Positions 12,844 to 24,978 of a stretch of 64,000 bases of DNA are shown here, in pieces. Made by a program: the position numbers and the translations under genes. Position 1 is the first letter of the stretch. Each line of letters opens with the position of its first letter. The notes under the pieces are model-generated. The model worked only from the letters and a program-made list of their open reading frames with translations, ran no database searches and was not told where the DNA came from. Source of the DNA: Anolis carolinensis (Eukaryota); NCBI RefSeq assembly GCF_035594765.1, contig NC_085842.1, positions 21,614,782 to 21,678,781 on the forward strand, given 5' to 3'.

Positions 12844-12926
12844 CTTCTTGACACCAGTCTGGACCACTTCCTGTCCTTCATGAGGAAGGGATGATTCTGC
12901 ATGACTGAGGCATTTGATTCCATTGC
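12844..12926 (-). CDS. Gene 2 coding exon 3
   Basis: ttcacag|GC...AAG|gtacgt; 83 nt, phase 1 to 0, open frame (G)NGIKCLSHAESSLPHEGQEVVQTGVKK. Confidence 0.75.
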
Positions 12927-13360
12927 CTGTGAAAAATAAGAAGGCAGATGCCAGAAAAGAAGTGAACCCATTGCTTCATCCTTAGGTCCCAGCCAGAGTA
13001 TGAAGAGCTTATTGAAATTCAGTGCACCTCTGCTTTAAAAACAAAGTTTGAATCTATGCAACCGAATGATTTTTGGGCAGGACTGACAGGTATAGTAGCT
13101 GGAAAGGCTACCTGAGCAAGTGAGGGAACACTGTATACATTTTAAATAAACATATTAACACTGTTCGACAGTCAGATACTTTAAAAATGCTATAACTTGA
13201 AAAATCATGTTGGAAGTCTTTTATGCACATAATTGCAGGACAAGATGCATCTGCCTAAATCTTCTTTTCTGTAAAACCGCCATAGGTGCAGGGCTTTTCA
13301 TTGGCTTAAACGTCCCAAAAACACAAGGACAAACATGGGAAAACTCAGTAAAGTCCTTAC

Positions 13361-13466
13361 CAGGCGCACTGATCTCTGTGTCACCATTTTGTGTGACTTC
13401 TTTATAGGACTCTGAAGACTCTTCCTCTTTACCTGGAGAGCCCAGGCACTCCTCCGTCAGTGGCCC
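13361..13466 (-). CDS. Gene 2 coding exon 2
   Basis: tttcag|GGG...CCTG|gtaagg; 106 nt, phase 0 to 1. Translates as GPLTEECLGSPGKEEESSESYKEVTQNGDTEISAP(G). Confidence 0.78.
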
Positions 13467-13666
13467 CTGAAACACAGAGGAGAATTGTGCTGAGAACAGA
13501 GGGACATTGCTGGGAAATGATCACTTTTTGGCCAGGGCAGCCCCCTCTTTTTTGCTAGTAAAACTGAATTACTGTGTGGCGTAATAATACACTGTCTAAA
13601 AACAGTGCCACTAACATGAAATGTTTGGAAAGCTCTGCTCTAGGGTCTCAATATTAAAAACCTCAC

Positions 13667-14401
13667 CTGCCACTTCCGCCTCTCAGCCTCTTGCTGGCAC
13701 ATCATGAAATCCTCCACCAGGGCAACAGCCTGGGAGCAACTATCTGGTCCTCCAACTCGGATCCAGCCTTGAAGATCTGGAGGGAGACTGGCCAGGAATT
13801 GCTCCAGGACCAGCAGCTCCAGGATCTGCTCCTTGCTGCGTCTCTCCGGCTTCAGCCACCGACAGCAAAGCTCCTGGACTTGGCTGTAAACCCTTCGCGG
13901 ATCCTCAACCTCCTGGCAGCAGAACTGCCGGAAGTGTTGACGCTGTGTCTCTATTTTCAGGGCATCTGCTCTCAAGATAGCAGCCTTCACTTTTCCATAA
14001 TCCTTCTTGTCTCTGGCTCCCAGGCTCTGAAAGGCCTGCTCTGCATCTCCGCTCAATGCGGGCAACAGCCGAGCTGCCCACTCTTCCTTTGGCCACCGAC
14101 AGGCTTTGGCCACTTGCTCGAAAGAGGCCAGGAAGGCCTTGGCGTCTTCCCATGGGACGGTTTCTGTTGTCACTTGGTTCTTCCACCCGGTGTGGAGAGG
14201 CTGCAGTGTTTCCAAGAAGTCCTGCCACTGGGCCTCCCAGGTATGCTCGTGCATACCTTTGCCTGGCTCTTCTTTGCCCTCGACGGAAGCTCCTAACCCT
14301 CGTTGCTCTGTGAAACATTCAGACCGAACATCAGCAGTGGCTTTCCTAAGTTCACCTTGTCCACCGTGTGGTTGCCGAGCTGCAGACATTTCCTCCTTCA
14401 T
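13667..14401 (-). CDS. Gene 2 coding exon 1: extended SCAN domain (spliced product about 728 aa)
   Basis: MKEEMS...WEAQWQDFL...[20 protein letters not shown]...[32 protein letters not shown]...WQ|gtgagg. Acceptor tttcag at 14430. Confidence 0.92.
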
Positions 14402-14514
14402 GGCTTGTGGTTCTGGTACCAAGAGTATTCTGAAAGCAGGCACGAGATAATATTTTAGAGATTGAGATAGAAAAGCCATTAGACAGGTATGGGCAAACTT
14501 AGGTAGGCTGTTAG

Positions 14515-14755
14515 TAATTTATTTATTATTTATTTATTTACAGCATTTATATTCCGCCCTTCTCACCCCGAAGGGGACTCAGGGCGGATCACATTACACA
14601 TATAGGCAAACATTCAATGCCTTTTAACATAGAACAAAGACAAACAAACATAGGCTCCAAGCCGGGCCTCGAACTCATGACCTCCTGGTCAGAGTGATTC
14701 ATTGCAGTGATTGATTGCAGCTGTTCTCCAGCCTGCGCCACAGACCGAGCCCGAG
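14515..14755 (-). mobile_element. tRNA-head / L2-tail SINE (short form)
   Basis: Head ...tgtggcgcag...tcatgagttcgagg; tail atccgccctgagtccccttcggggtgagaagggcggaatataaat(aaat)n. Confidence 0.7.
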
Positions 14756-15169
14756 GAATTGTGGGAGGAATTGTGGGAGTTGAAGTCTAAAACACCTGGA
14801 GGAAGGACCCAAGTTGGCCCATGCTCTGAGCAGCATACACTCATACAACCCAGTTCAAGGCAGACAACCTGCAGCTTGAAACTTTCTTCTATAGCATCAT
14901 CATCAAAATAGTTTATTGTACGGGCCCAAGGCCATGATAAAAAAGCACCACATGCACACAATAGTACCCTCAGAGCAACAGGCACCAAAATACCAAATAG
15001 AAAACATAATCATGCTCCCACAAAGAGCAAAAACAATGCAAGTTAACAATAATTAAAATGCATTTTGGAATAGGGTCCAGTTAACCCTTGGAGTCTCCTT
15101 GGCAGTTGATGGAAATTTTACCTAACTCTATCTTTCTGATCCTTTTTGCAGATAGAGCAAAAAGAGCTA

Positions 15170-15492
15170 CAGTTGAGTCTCACTTATCTAACATAAACGG
15201 GCTGGCAGAATGTTGGATAAGCGAATATGTTGGATAATAAGGAGGCATTAAGGAAAAGCCTATTAAACATCAAATTAGGTTATGATTTTACAAATGAAGC
15301 ACCAAAACATCATGTTAGACAACAAATTTGGCAGAAAAATTAGTTCAATACGCAGTAATGCTATGTAGTAATTACTGTATTTATGAATTTAGCACCAGAA
15401 TCTCACGATATATTGAACACATTGACTACAAAAATGTGCTGGATAATCCAGAACATTGGATAAGCGAGTGTTGGATAAGTGAGACTCTACTG
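15170..15492. mobile_element. Tc1/pogo type MITE
   Basis: TIR and TA flank as above. Confidence 0.85.
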
Positions 15493-15519
15493 TACTTCAT
15501 AAGTTACATAGTCATTTGT

Positions 15520-16832
15520 GTCGCTCAGCAGACACTGCCCTACATGGAACACTTTGAGAAACAAGCCCTAGAAATAGCAACAAAAAAAGCCCACTATATG
15601 GTTCAGATATGTGGATGACACCTTCACCATTTGGATCCATGGAGAAGAAGAACTCAACAAGTTTCTGGACCACTACAAAAGCATCCACCCAAACATCCAG
15701 TTCACCACGGAAAAAGAAAACGAATGAAAACTGCCATTTGTAGATATTCTAGTCATCCGCAAACCCAATCAACAATTGGGCCACACAATTTACAGAAAAC
15801 CTACACACATGGATAGATACCTTAATAAAAACTCCAACCATCACCCAAGTCAAAAAAGGAGCACAATCAAAGCCCTGACAGACCGTGCACAAAGAATCTG
15901 TGAACCTCACCTCCTCCAAGGTGAACTAAACCACCTAAACTGGGCTCTACAGGCCAATGGAGACTCCACCACAGACATCAGAAGAGCTGCAAGGCCAAGA
16001 ACAAGCCAGGAGAGTCAAGACAAAGATCCACCCAAAGGAAAGGTGTTCTTTCCATACATCAAGGGAACCACTGACAGCATAGGGAATCTGATGAAGAAGC
16101 ACAACCTACAAACTATCTAGAGGCCCACTAAGAAAATTGAACAAATGCGACGATCAGCAAAGGACAAGAGGGATCCTCTCTCCTCTGCAGGAGTCTACCA
16201 TATACCATGCAGCTATGGACAAGTCTACATAGGAACCACCAAATGCCCAGGCACAAATCAAGGAACACAAAAGGCACTGCAGACTAATTCAACCAGAGAA
16301 GTCAGCCATAGCAGAGCACTTGATGAACCAACCTGGACACAGCGTATTATTTGAGAACACAGAAATGCTGGACCACCATGTCAGACTACACAGAGAAGCT
16401 ATTGAAATCCACAAACGTGTGGACAATTTCAACAGAAAGGAGGAAACCATGAAAATTAACAAAATCTGGCTACTAGTATTTTAAAAACTCTAAATCCAGG
16501 ACAGCAAAGAAGGAAAAACACTCTGAAAATTACAGACATGAATCAATCAGGGGCAGCTAACGCCTCTGAACAAAGGATCCCCCCCAGGCAGGAATGAAGC
16601 TTGCAAGGGCATGAATGCTAATCAAGGTGATTAATTACAACATTCACACTGGCCTCCAACAGACTAGAGTTCTTTCTCCCACCCTGGACCTTCCTCAGAT
16701 ATATAAACCTCCCTTGCTTTGTTTCCAACAGACCTCACAACCTCTGAGGATGCCTGCCATCGATGTGGGCGAAACGTCAGGAGAGAATGCTTCTGGAACA
16801 TGGCCATACAGCCTGGAAAATGCACAACAACC
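15520..16832 (+). mobile_element. Penelope-like element 3' half (RT end, GIY-YIG, pseudo-LTR), decayed
   Basis: YMEHFEKQALE..WFRYVDDTF, YRKPTHMDRYL and GVYHIPCSYGQVYIGTTK (GIY-YIG), with frameshifts. Confidence 0.9.
16741..16785 (+). ncRNA. Minimal hammerhead ribozyme motif in the Penelope pseudo-LTR
   Basis: cct-CTGAGGA-t-gcctgc-catcgat-gtgggc-GAAA-cGTC-agg. The core is intact, with stem II and a palindromic minimal stem III. Confidence 0.75.
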
Positions 16833-17887
16833 CAACTGCAATAGGATTCCTTTTACCTTTTGTCAGCAAGTGTTTCAGGTGTCTTTCTCTTGGGTCACTA
16901 TACAAAGGACAGACTAACAAATAATGCACAATGTCTTCTCCCTGACATTGACTACAGATACATAGTCTGTTTTTCCCATGGCACATTATGGTTGCAACCA
17001 CCTAACACTGCGGTTGGCATTACTTGGAATCCTTCTATGGCAGTGTAGATTAAGCCTTAATCTGCATTTGCAACTCCCTCTCTCTCCTTCTCCTCCAATC
17101 TCCCATTCATTCCCCTCTTCCTTTCTCCTTTTCTCTCTTCTCTTTCCTTTCACCTGCAAACCTCTCAGCTGTCGGGCATCTCCACTTGGGAAGCATCTCC
17201 CAGGAAGAGCTGCACTGCAAAGGCCGGAATTATAGAGTCTGTAGCCAAATCCTCCGGCCAGACCGTCTCCTAGAAGGCTCTCTGACAGCTGCACTTTATT
17301 GTTCTGTCCCCACTGTTTGGAAAAAAGACTGCATCTCCACTGTGTAGTACAATGAATGCAGTTTGCTGAGACACCAGCACTCTTTGGCAGAGGAGGCTAA
17401 AAGGCCTTGGGAAACTACAACTAGGCTTCTTCCATACTGCCCCTATATCCCAGGATCTGAATCCAGATTATCTGACACTGCAGATTCATATATAATCCAC
17501 TTCAAAGCAGATAACCTGGGATCGGATCCTGGGATATAGGGCAGTGTGGAAGGGGCCCCACTTAACCAGAACTCTCAAGCAACTGGCAAAAAAAATATCG
17601 AAAAAATACTTTAAATTAAAATCAATTCTTCGCAGAAATGTTACATTAAGTGACATTTGCCTTTCTTCACATTTCAATTTCGGTATTTCCATACAGAATG
17701 TATCATACGGTACAGGGGTTCTCAAATGTTTTCAACCGCAGAGTCCTTTTTGAAGCAAATGTTACTAATGGAGCTCCAATAAATATTTATATACAGTAGA
17801 GCAGGGGTCCCCAAACTTTTAAAACTGGGGGCCAGTTCACGATCCCTCAAGCCATTGGGAGGGCCGGACTATAGTTGGCCACCGAGC

Positions 17888-17941
<54 letters not shown>

Positions 17942-18537
17942 TGATGTTGCCATCCCAGGTGACAGTCTCATTGACAAAAACAACAGGAAAAATTCAGCCC
18001 TCAGGGCTCTTCCACACAGCCATATAACACAGAATATCATACCAGAATAACCCACAATATCTGCTTTGAGCTCGGTTATCTGAGTCCACACTGCCCTATA
18101 TCCCAGTTCAATGTTTGGTGCTAAATTCGTAAATAAAGTAATTCCTACATAACATTACCATGTATTGAACTGCTTATTATTATCCCTCTTTATTATCCAA
18201 CGCTTTTAACTTTCAGTGATTAGTTTTGGGGGGGGGGGTGCCAAAATTCTGTTCGCTTACACTTGAAAATGACCTAGGGCCAGCCCTGGGTGTTGGGAGA
18301 ACCACCGTGGGGTCTGCCTTCCCATGAGGTTTGTTTTTGCCCTCTGAGTTGAGCTTTGGATTTCTAGCACTCTGTCCCCACATAAAACCCCTGTTTCCCC
18401 ATCTCCTCTGCCATGCGATCCAAAAGACTCACCCCAATTGAGTCTGGGCTGGGCTGTGGCGCAGTTCGAGGCCAGCTCGGATCCTGTGTTTGTCTTTGTC
18501 TCTGTTCTATGTTTAGGCATTGAATGTTTGCCTTATA

Positions 18538-18837
18538 CAGTAGAGTCTCACTTATCCAACATAAACAGGCCGGCAGAACGTTGGATAAGTGAATATGTTG
18601 GATAATAAGGAGGGATTAAGGAAAAGCCTATTAAACATCAAATTAGGTTATGGTTTTACAAATTAAGCACCAAAACATCATGTTATACAAATTTGACAGA
18701 AAAAGTAGTTCAATACACAGAAATGTTACGAATTTAGCACCAAAATATCACGATATATTGAAAAAATTGACTTCAAAAATGCGTTGGATAATCCAGAACA
18801 TTGGATAAACGAGTGTTGGATAAGTGAGACTCTACTG
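18538..18837. mobile_element. Tc1/pogo type MITE inserted in an L2-tailed SINE (18447-18930)
   Basis: TIR with TA flank; SINE head before it and L2-type tail after it. Confidence 0.8.
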
Positions 18838-18900
18838 TATGTGTAATGTGATCCGCCCTGAGTCCCCTTCGGGGTGAGAAGGGCGGAATATAAATACTGC

Positions 18901-18932
<32 letters not shown>

Positions 18933-18963
18933 GTGGACATCTCGAGTTGGTTTAAAATTTGTT

Positions 18964-18969
18964 TTTATT
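18964..18969 (-). terminator. Candidate polyadenylation signal of LRRC52-like A
   Basis: AATAAA on the minus strand about 125 nt downstream of the stop at 19094. Confidence 0.4.
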
Positions 18970-19093
18970 TTCTTGGAAATGGGCAAAACCTCAGCTCGAG
19001 GGTTTCGCCATAAGCCCGGCAAGCAAGGGGCTGAAATGATGCTCCTTTTGCGTTCTGTGCCGCCGCTTCCAGAAAGGTTCCAGGCGGGAGCCG

Positions 19094-19344
19094 TTATTTG
19101 ATCCTTCTGTACTCTCCCACATCTTCCGACCTAAATACTGTGCGGTTATACAGCACTGAAACTACGCCCAGCAGCCAAGCTGCGACGATTCCTGCCATGA
19201 AGACTGCGCAGGCCATCAGACCTGCAAAGATCAGAACTCTGATGCTGGGGTGTAAAATGCAGACTCTATCCAGTAGTTCTTCCGCCTGCAAGATTGGCTT
19301 ATCGGTTAAATTTTTTGGCATGTGGCAAAAGGTATCATTTGGAT
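19094..19344 (-). CDS. LRRC52-like: LRRC52-like A exon 2 (LRRCT end, TM helix, short tail)
   Basis: ctacag|AT; (D)PNDTFCHMP...ILQAEELLDRVC...AGIVAAWLLGVVSVLY. This resembles the LRRC52 TM segment GTVAAWLTGVCAVLY (recalled from memory). Confidence 0.8.
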
Positions 19345-20533
19345 CTGTAGGTGGGGGAGGGGGGGACACAAGTGAGAACAGACACATAATCTCTCAAACA
19401 GCGGCTGCTATTTCTCTAACTGTACACCCTTCAACCCTATTTAGGAATCTCTAGATCTTCCCCTTGACTCTATAGTCAACATGTGCTAGAAGTTGACCAT
19501 AGAATCAGAGAGGAGGACCAAGAGATTCCTAAAGATTCAGAAAAAAACTGAAGACCTGGCTATGTACGCAGGCATTTGAAGAATAAGCATGTGTTGGCTT
19601 CGACTCGGTCTGAATTACGGCTCTTGTATAACGTCTGGTGGATGAATGGCATAAGCACTTTGCATTGTTTTAAACTTTGTATATTGTATTTTATGACTAT
19701 TTTATGACTATTTTATGATTGTTTTAACTGTTTTAATCATTTTAGTTTATTGTATATCAGTGTAACGGCATCAATTGCCACTTGTAGGCCGCCCTGAGTC
19801 CCCTCGGGTGAGAAGGGCGGGGTATAAATAATTGAAATAAATAAATAAAGAGAACACTTCCATCAGATTTGCAAAAGCCAAACCTGGAGGGCTGTCTGTC
19901 GTTCCAGGTTATTTCAAAAACCCTCTTTTTATTTTATTTTATTTATTTATTTATTAAACTTGTATACCGCTACTCCCAGTTTGGCTCGGAGCGGTTTACA
20001 GAAATAGATTAAAACAATACACTTAGCTTTAAAATAACAATAAAAACAATAAAAGCAACAATAAAAACAGACATAGCCCCGAGTTTTTCACCCATTGAAA
20101 GCTTGTCGGAAGCTTGTCAAAAACCTGAGCCCCACGGAAGCTATTGTAAGGTCCTGGCATAGAAGAAAGGCAGCTCTTCATCATGAAGTCATTTGGCTGA
20201 TCGTCGATTTTTCAAACTTTTTTGTTTTTTTGCTTCCCAAGAAAGAATCACAGGGCTCACCCAGAAAGGGGGAAGCTCTGCTGAAGTTCTGAGATTTTCC
20301 AGTTTTTGTTTTGTTTTTGTTTTACTCGCCTATTTTCAGGTTTGCATGCAAACTCTTTAACTGTCTGGTCTCAATGCTATGGAATCACAGGAGCTATAGT
20401 CGTATTACAAGGCCTTTAGCCTTCCCTGCCAAAGAGGGCTGGGGCCTCACCAAACTACAAATCCCATGGTTTTGCAGCACTGTGTCAAGGCAATCAAGGT
20501 GGTGACAAATTGTATTAATTCAACAGTGTAGCT

Positions 20534-21511
20534 CAGAGGTCCCCAAACTAAGGCCCGGGGGCCGGATGCGGCTCTCCAAGGTCATTTACCTGGCCCCCGC
20601 CCTCAGTTTTATAATATAATATATTGTATATACATATAATATTGATAATAATATTATAATGTAATACAATATAACACTAATAATAATACCATATAATAAT
20701 ATTAATTATATATTCTATATCTATATATATAAAAGAATGATGGCATCAGGGCAGTGGACAAAACAACAAAACTACAGGCCCCCCAACCTCGAAATTTGAC
20801 AACACAACCCATCATTCACGGCTCTAGGTTGATACAACAAAATGAAATGAAAAATAAAGTCCTAATTACAGGGAGAGGAATAATAGTTTTTATCCAATTG
20901 CTGCCAGTTAGAAGGCTAAGCTCCGCCACTTGGTCTCCTAGCAACCTACTCAGCCCAGGGGACAGGCACAGTTAGGCCTCACTTAGGCCTCTTCCACAGA
21001 TTATCAGATTTTAACTGGATCATATGGCAGTGTAGACTCAAGGCTCTTCCACATAGCTATATAACCCATTTAGAATCTTATATTATCTGCTTTGAACTGG
21101 ATTATCTTGACTCCACACTGCCATATAATCCACTTCAGTGTGCATACTAAACATAAAGACTAGCATACAACAGACATTCAATACCACCACTACCTCAACA
21201 ATTTCTCACCAACACCACCAGAAAATGCCACAGCAACGCGTGGCTGGGCACAGCTAGTTACATATAATATTACTAATAATATTACAGTATAGTGGTATAG
21301 TTCAATAAAGTAATATATAATGCTAATATTGTGCTATGCTAATAATATAATATATTATATTATATTATATTATATATTAATATTATATATTATATTTGGG
21401 GTGAGAAGGGTGTGATACAAATGTAGTAAATAAATGCAGTACATAAATAAATAATAAATAAATACAATTTAGACTTAGGCTCGCCCAAAGTTTGAAATGA
21501 CTTCAAGGCAC

Positions 21512-21548
<37 letters not shown>

Positions 21549-21830
21549 CCTTAATTAACTTGACTATCTCATTGGCCAGAAGCAGGAGCACACTTCCCAT
21601 TGAAATCCTGATAAATGTATGTTGGTTAAAATTATTTTTATTTTTAAATATTGTATTTTTCTTTCGTTGTTGTTGTCGTTGTTGTTGTTGTTGTTTTTGC
21701 ACTACAAATAAGACATGTGCAGTGTGCATAGGAATTTGTTTGTATTTTTTTTTTCAAATGATAATCCGGCCCCTCAACAGTCTGAAGGATTGTGGACCGG
21801 CCCTCGGCTTAAAAAGTTTGAGGACCCCTG
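20534..21830. mobile_element. hAT MITE with a nested Helitron (20720-21257, +)
   Basis: TIR cagaggtccccaaac / gtttgaggacccctg with a perfect 8-bp TSD gtgtagct. The nested Helitron runs TC...hairpin-CTAG. Confidence 0.85.
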
Positions 21831-21932
21831 GTGTAGCTATATCCTTAGCTAGTTCCAGGATAATACATTACTCCAGAATTATAGCCCTATGATTCCGCTC
21901 TAACTACCATGCATTTATCACAAAGGTCTTAC

Positions 21933-22562
21933 CTAGTAATTGCCGGCTAAGCAGTGGCGTTTTCAACCATTCGATAAAATCCAGTAAGCCACAGTCGCAA
22001 AACCAGGGATTATCCATCATCCTCAAAGTGAGAACAGTAGGCACTTTTTGGAACATCGAGATGCTAAGAATTTCCAAGCCACAGGTGCTGATATCCAAAA
22101 TAGTCAACAACTGGTTATTAATGAAGGAGTTCTCGTCGATTTGCTTAATGGTGGGATTTCTGGAGAGATTAAGGAATACCAAATGGGTCAGTTCGGAGAA
22201 AGTGTGGGGAGAGATGGCATTGAGTTTGTTCCCACTGAGGTCCAAGTAGGCCAGCTTGCTGATGCCCGGGAAGATGAACTCATAGTCCATTTCCAATTCG
22301 TTATCGCTCCAATCCAAGTAGACCAGTTCGTTGAGAAAGGTTATTTCTAAGGGCTGGATATTGGTAAAATGGTTTTCGGCCAAAATCATGTGCCTGGCCG
22401 TTGGGGGAACGTGGGGTGGAATTTCATACAAGTTCCTTCTCCTGCAATTCACTGACCAGTTTGCACAGGTGCAGAGGGCTGGACACGTAAGGGCCGTGTG
22501 TTGCGTTTGGATGGGAACATTGGCCCATAAAGCTGCAAAGCAACAAACAGAAAACAAAAAGA
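21933..22562 (-). CDS. LRRC52-like: LRRC52-like A exon 1 (signal peptide end, LRRNT, LRRs, start of LRRCT); start codon probably in the gap
   Basis: CPALCTC..WSVNC..LYEIP..LNELVYLDWSDN..KLAYLDLSGN..NPWFCDC. Phase-1 donor CTAG|gtaaga at 21933. Confidence 0.82.
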
Positions 22563-22745
22563 NNNNNNNNNNNNNNNNNNNNNNNNNNNNNNNNNNNNNN
22601 NNNNNNNNNNNNNNNNNNNNNNNNNNNNNNNNNNNNNNNNNNNNNNNNNNNNNNNNNNNNNNNNNNNNNNNNNNNNNNNNNNNNNNNNNNNNNNNNNNNN
22701 NNNNNNNNNNNNNNNNNNNNNNNNNNNNNNNNNNNNNNNNNNNNN
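22563..22745. other. Assembly gap
   Basis: Run of N. Confidence 1.
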
Positions 22746-22852
22746 CTGCTGGAGCCACCCCAAAGGCTGAGCTCAGTGACTCTCCCTTCCTTTTATGACA
22801 TCACCCAACTGGGTCACTATCCCAAAAGTGACCCACTCCCAATCACCGAGTG

Positions 22853-23710
22853 TGTGATGACTCATGGGCCTTGTAGTCCTGTTCCTAGTACTATTATGGC
22901 AGACGAAGAGGAAAACATGGGATTTCCGCCGTTTCAGTCAGAATCGGAGCCTCTCCACCTGGAGGATGTTTGTCCTCAAGAATGTAGCCAAACAGGCCTT
23001 GGGCAGAATTCCCCCCCGTTTTCCCGGAGGGACAATTATAATAGAGATAGGGGAGCCAGGGAGGCAAATCGCCGGAGCCTGAGAATCGCTGCCAAACAAT
23101 TAGCTGATTAGGTCTGCTTCCCTTGGGAAATTCTAAGGAGTTGTCCATCTGGACAGAGTTGGGTTTCGCTTCTCGTTCTCTAGGGAAAGTGTTCTGTCGG
23201 CGGGAAAACGAGACCCAATATAGGTGCTGCTCGCAAGGGGAACTTTGCGGAGTCAATTGTTCAGCTTGAGGAGAGAGATCGTGTGTGGACTTCGTAACCC
23301 CAGTTCCTTGTTTCCCGGATCAAGTTTCCAGCCTTGCCTTGTTTCACGGACTTCTTTGGACTCTGTTCATGTTTCATGTTGCCTCGTTTCAAGTCTTGAA
23401 TCTAGCCAGGAACCAAGTTTATTTTCCAGCCTTGTTGTCAAGCTACATTGGACTTTAAAGACTCTGTCATTTCCCCACACTTTGCTTGGCAAAGTGTGTG
23501 TTTTGGTCAAGTGGATTATAACTTTGAACTCTAATATCTTATATTGGACAATACATTTCTGGACTATATTTGACCTCATCTGAAAGGTCTGCTTCTGAAC
23601 TATATTCTTCACTTGTTTTTATTGACTTTATATATTTCTATAATAAAGATATTAGATAGATTCTGGTCTCTGCGCATGGTTATTGGTGCTCTGCAGCCTG
23701 GGTCCTGACA
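22853..23710 (+). mobile_element. Solo LTR (Gypsy-like), 858 bp
   Basis: TGTGA...TGACA termini, 5-bp TSD gagtg, a TATA-like tatag and aataaa near the 3' end. Related to 58138-59112. Confidence 0.85.
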
Positions 23711-23910
23711 GAGTGTCTTCAGTGGACATGAGTATTTCCTAGTGGGCCCTCGGCATCCACTGGTTCCAAGACCATTTGTGGAAACCAACATCTGTGGACA
23801 CTCAAGTCCTATTGTATAACAACCTGAGCCAAGAATTAATCCTCACTCTTGATGTAGAATTTATTTCAATCACCTTTCAGAAAAGATAAATACGGTAGAG
23901 TCTCGGTTAT

Positions 23911-24393
23911 TTATTTATTTATTTATTTATTTACAGTATTTATATTCCGCCCTTCTCACCCCGAAGGAGACTCAGGGCGGATTACAATGAACACATATAT
24001 GGCAAACATTCAATGCCAACAGACAAACAACATTCAGTTTTAGACAGACACAGAGGCATTTTTTTAACATCTTTCCAGCTTCACGATTCCGGCTACAGGG
24101 GGAGCTGTTGCTTCACCGTCCATTGGTGGCTGTTCTTCCTCTTCTTTTCCTCGTGAGCAGTTTTATGGTGTTGTAGATTAGTTAAATTAGCCTCCTGCAT
24201 AAAGCGTCCCTAAAATTTTCCCTACTTGACAGATGCAACTGTCTTTCGGGACTGCTAGGTCAACAGCAAGCCGGGGCTATTTTTTTTTTTTTATGGTCGA
24301 AGGCTTAACCCGACCCGGGCTTCGAACTCATGACCTCTCGGTCAGTAGTGATTTATAGCAGCTGGTTACTAGCCAGCTGCGCCACAGCCCGGC
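23911..24393 (-). mobile_element. Full-length tRNA-head / L2-tail SINE
   Basis: A box (ctgtggcgcagctgg), B box (gagttcgaagcc), an L2-type 3' tail with (AAAT)n, and TSD-like ttat. Confidence 0.8.
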
Positions 24394-24590
24394 TTATCTA
24401 ATGTAAACGGGCCGGCAGAACGTTGGATAAGCGAATATGTTGGATAATAAGGAGAGATTAAGGGAAAGCCTATTAAACATCAAATTAGGCTATGATTTTA
24501 CAAATTAAGTACCAAAACATTATGTTATACAACAAATTTGACAGAAAAAGTAGTTCAATACACAGTAATGCTATGTGGTAATGACTGTAT

Positions 24591-24978
24591 TGTTAATGTG
24601 GGATTTGTGTATTGATAGTGTTTAAATGCAATTTGTGTCTTGCCTGTATTGCATACTGATTGCATCATCCAGAGTGTACTATAGTCTGGAAAGAGTTAAT
24701 TGCAAAGAAGCTGTAATGACCTTGATGTGTGGCTGGAACTGGGGAGTGTCCAGACACAAGTGTTTGTACATTGCTGATTGCAACAGTTCAGTTCTGAGTT
24801 GAGTGCTGTCTACTTAGAGTGAGAGTCAAGTCCTGTGTTTGTCTGGAAGTCTGTTTGTCTGGATTATTATTGCTTACAGTAAAACTTGTATATAGTTTTA
24901 CCAAAGTCTCTGGATGTCACTTCGTTCTGCGTCCCACTGATTCCATCCAACTACTGCTGCGCTGCTAATACTCTGACA
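24591..24978 (+). mobile_element. Solo LTR, 388 bp
   Basis: TGTTA...TGACA, 5-bp TSD tgtat, agtaaa polyA-like signal. Confidence 0.8.
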
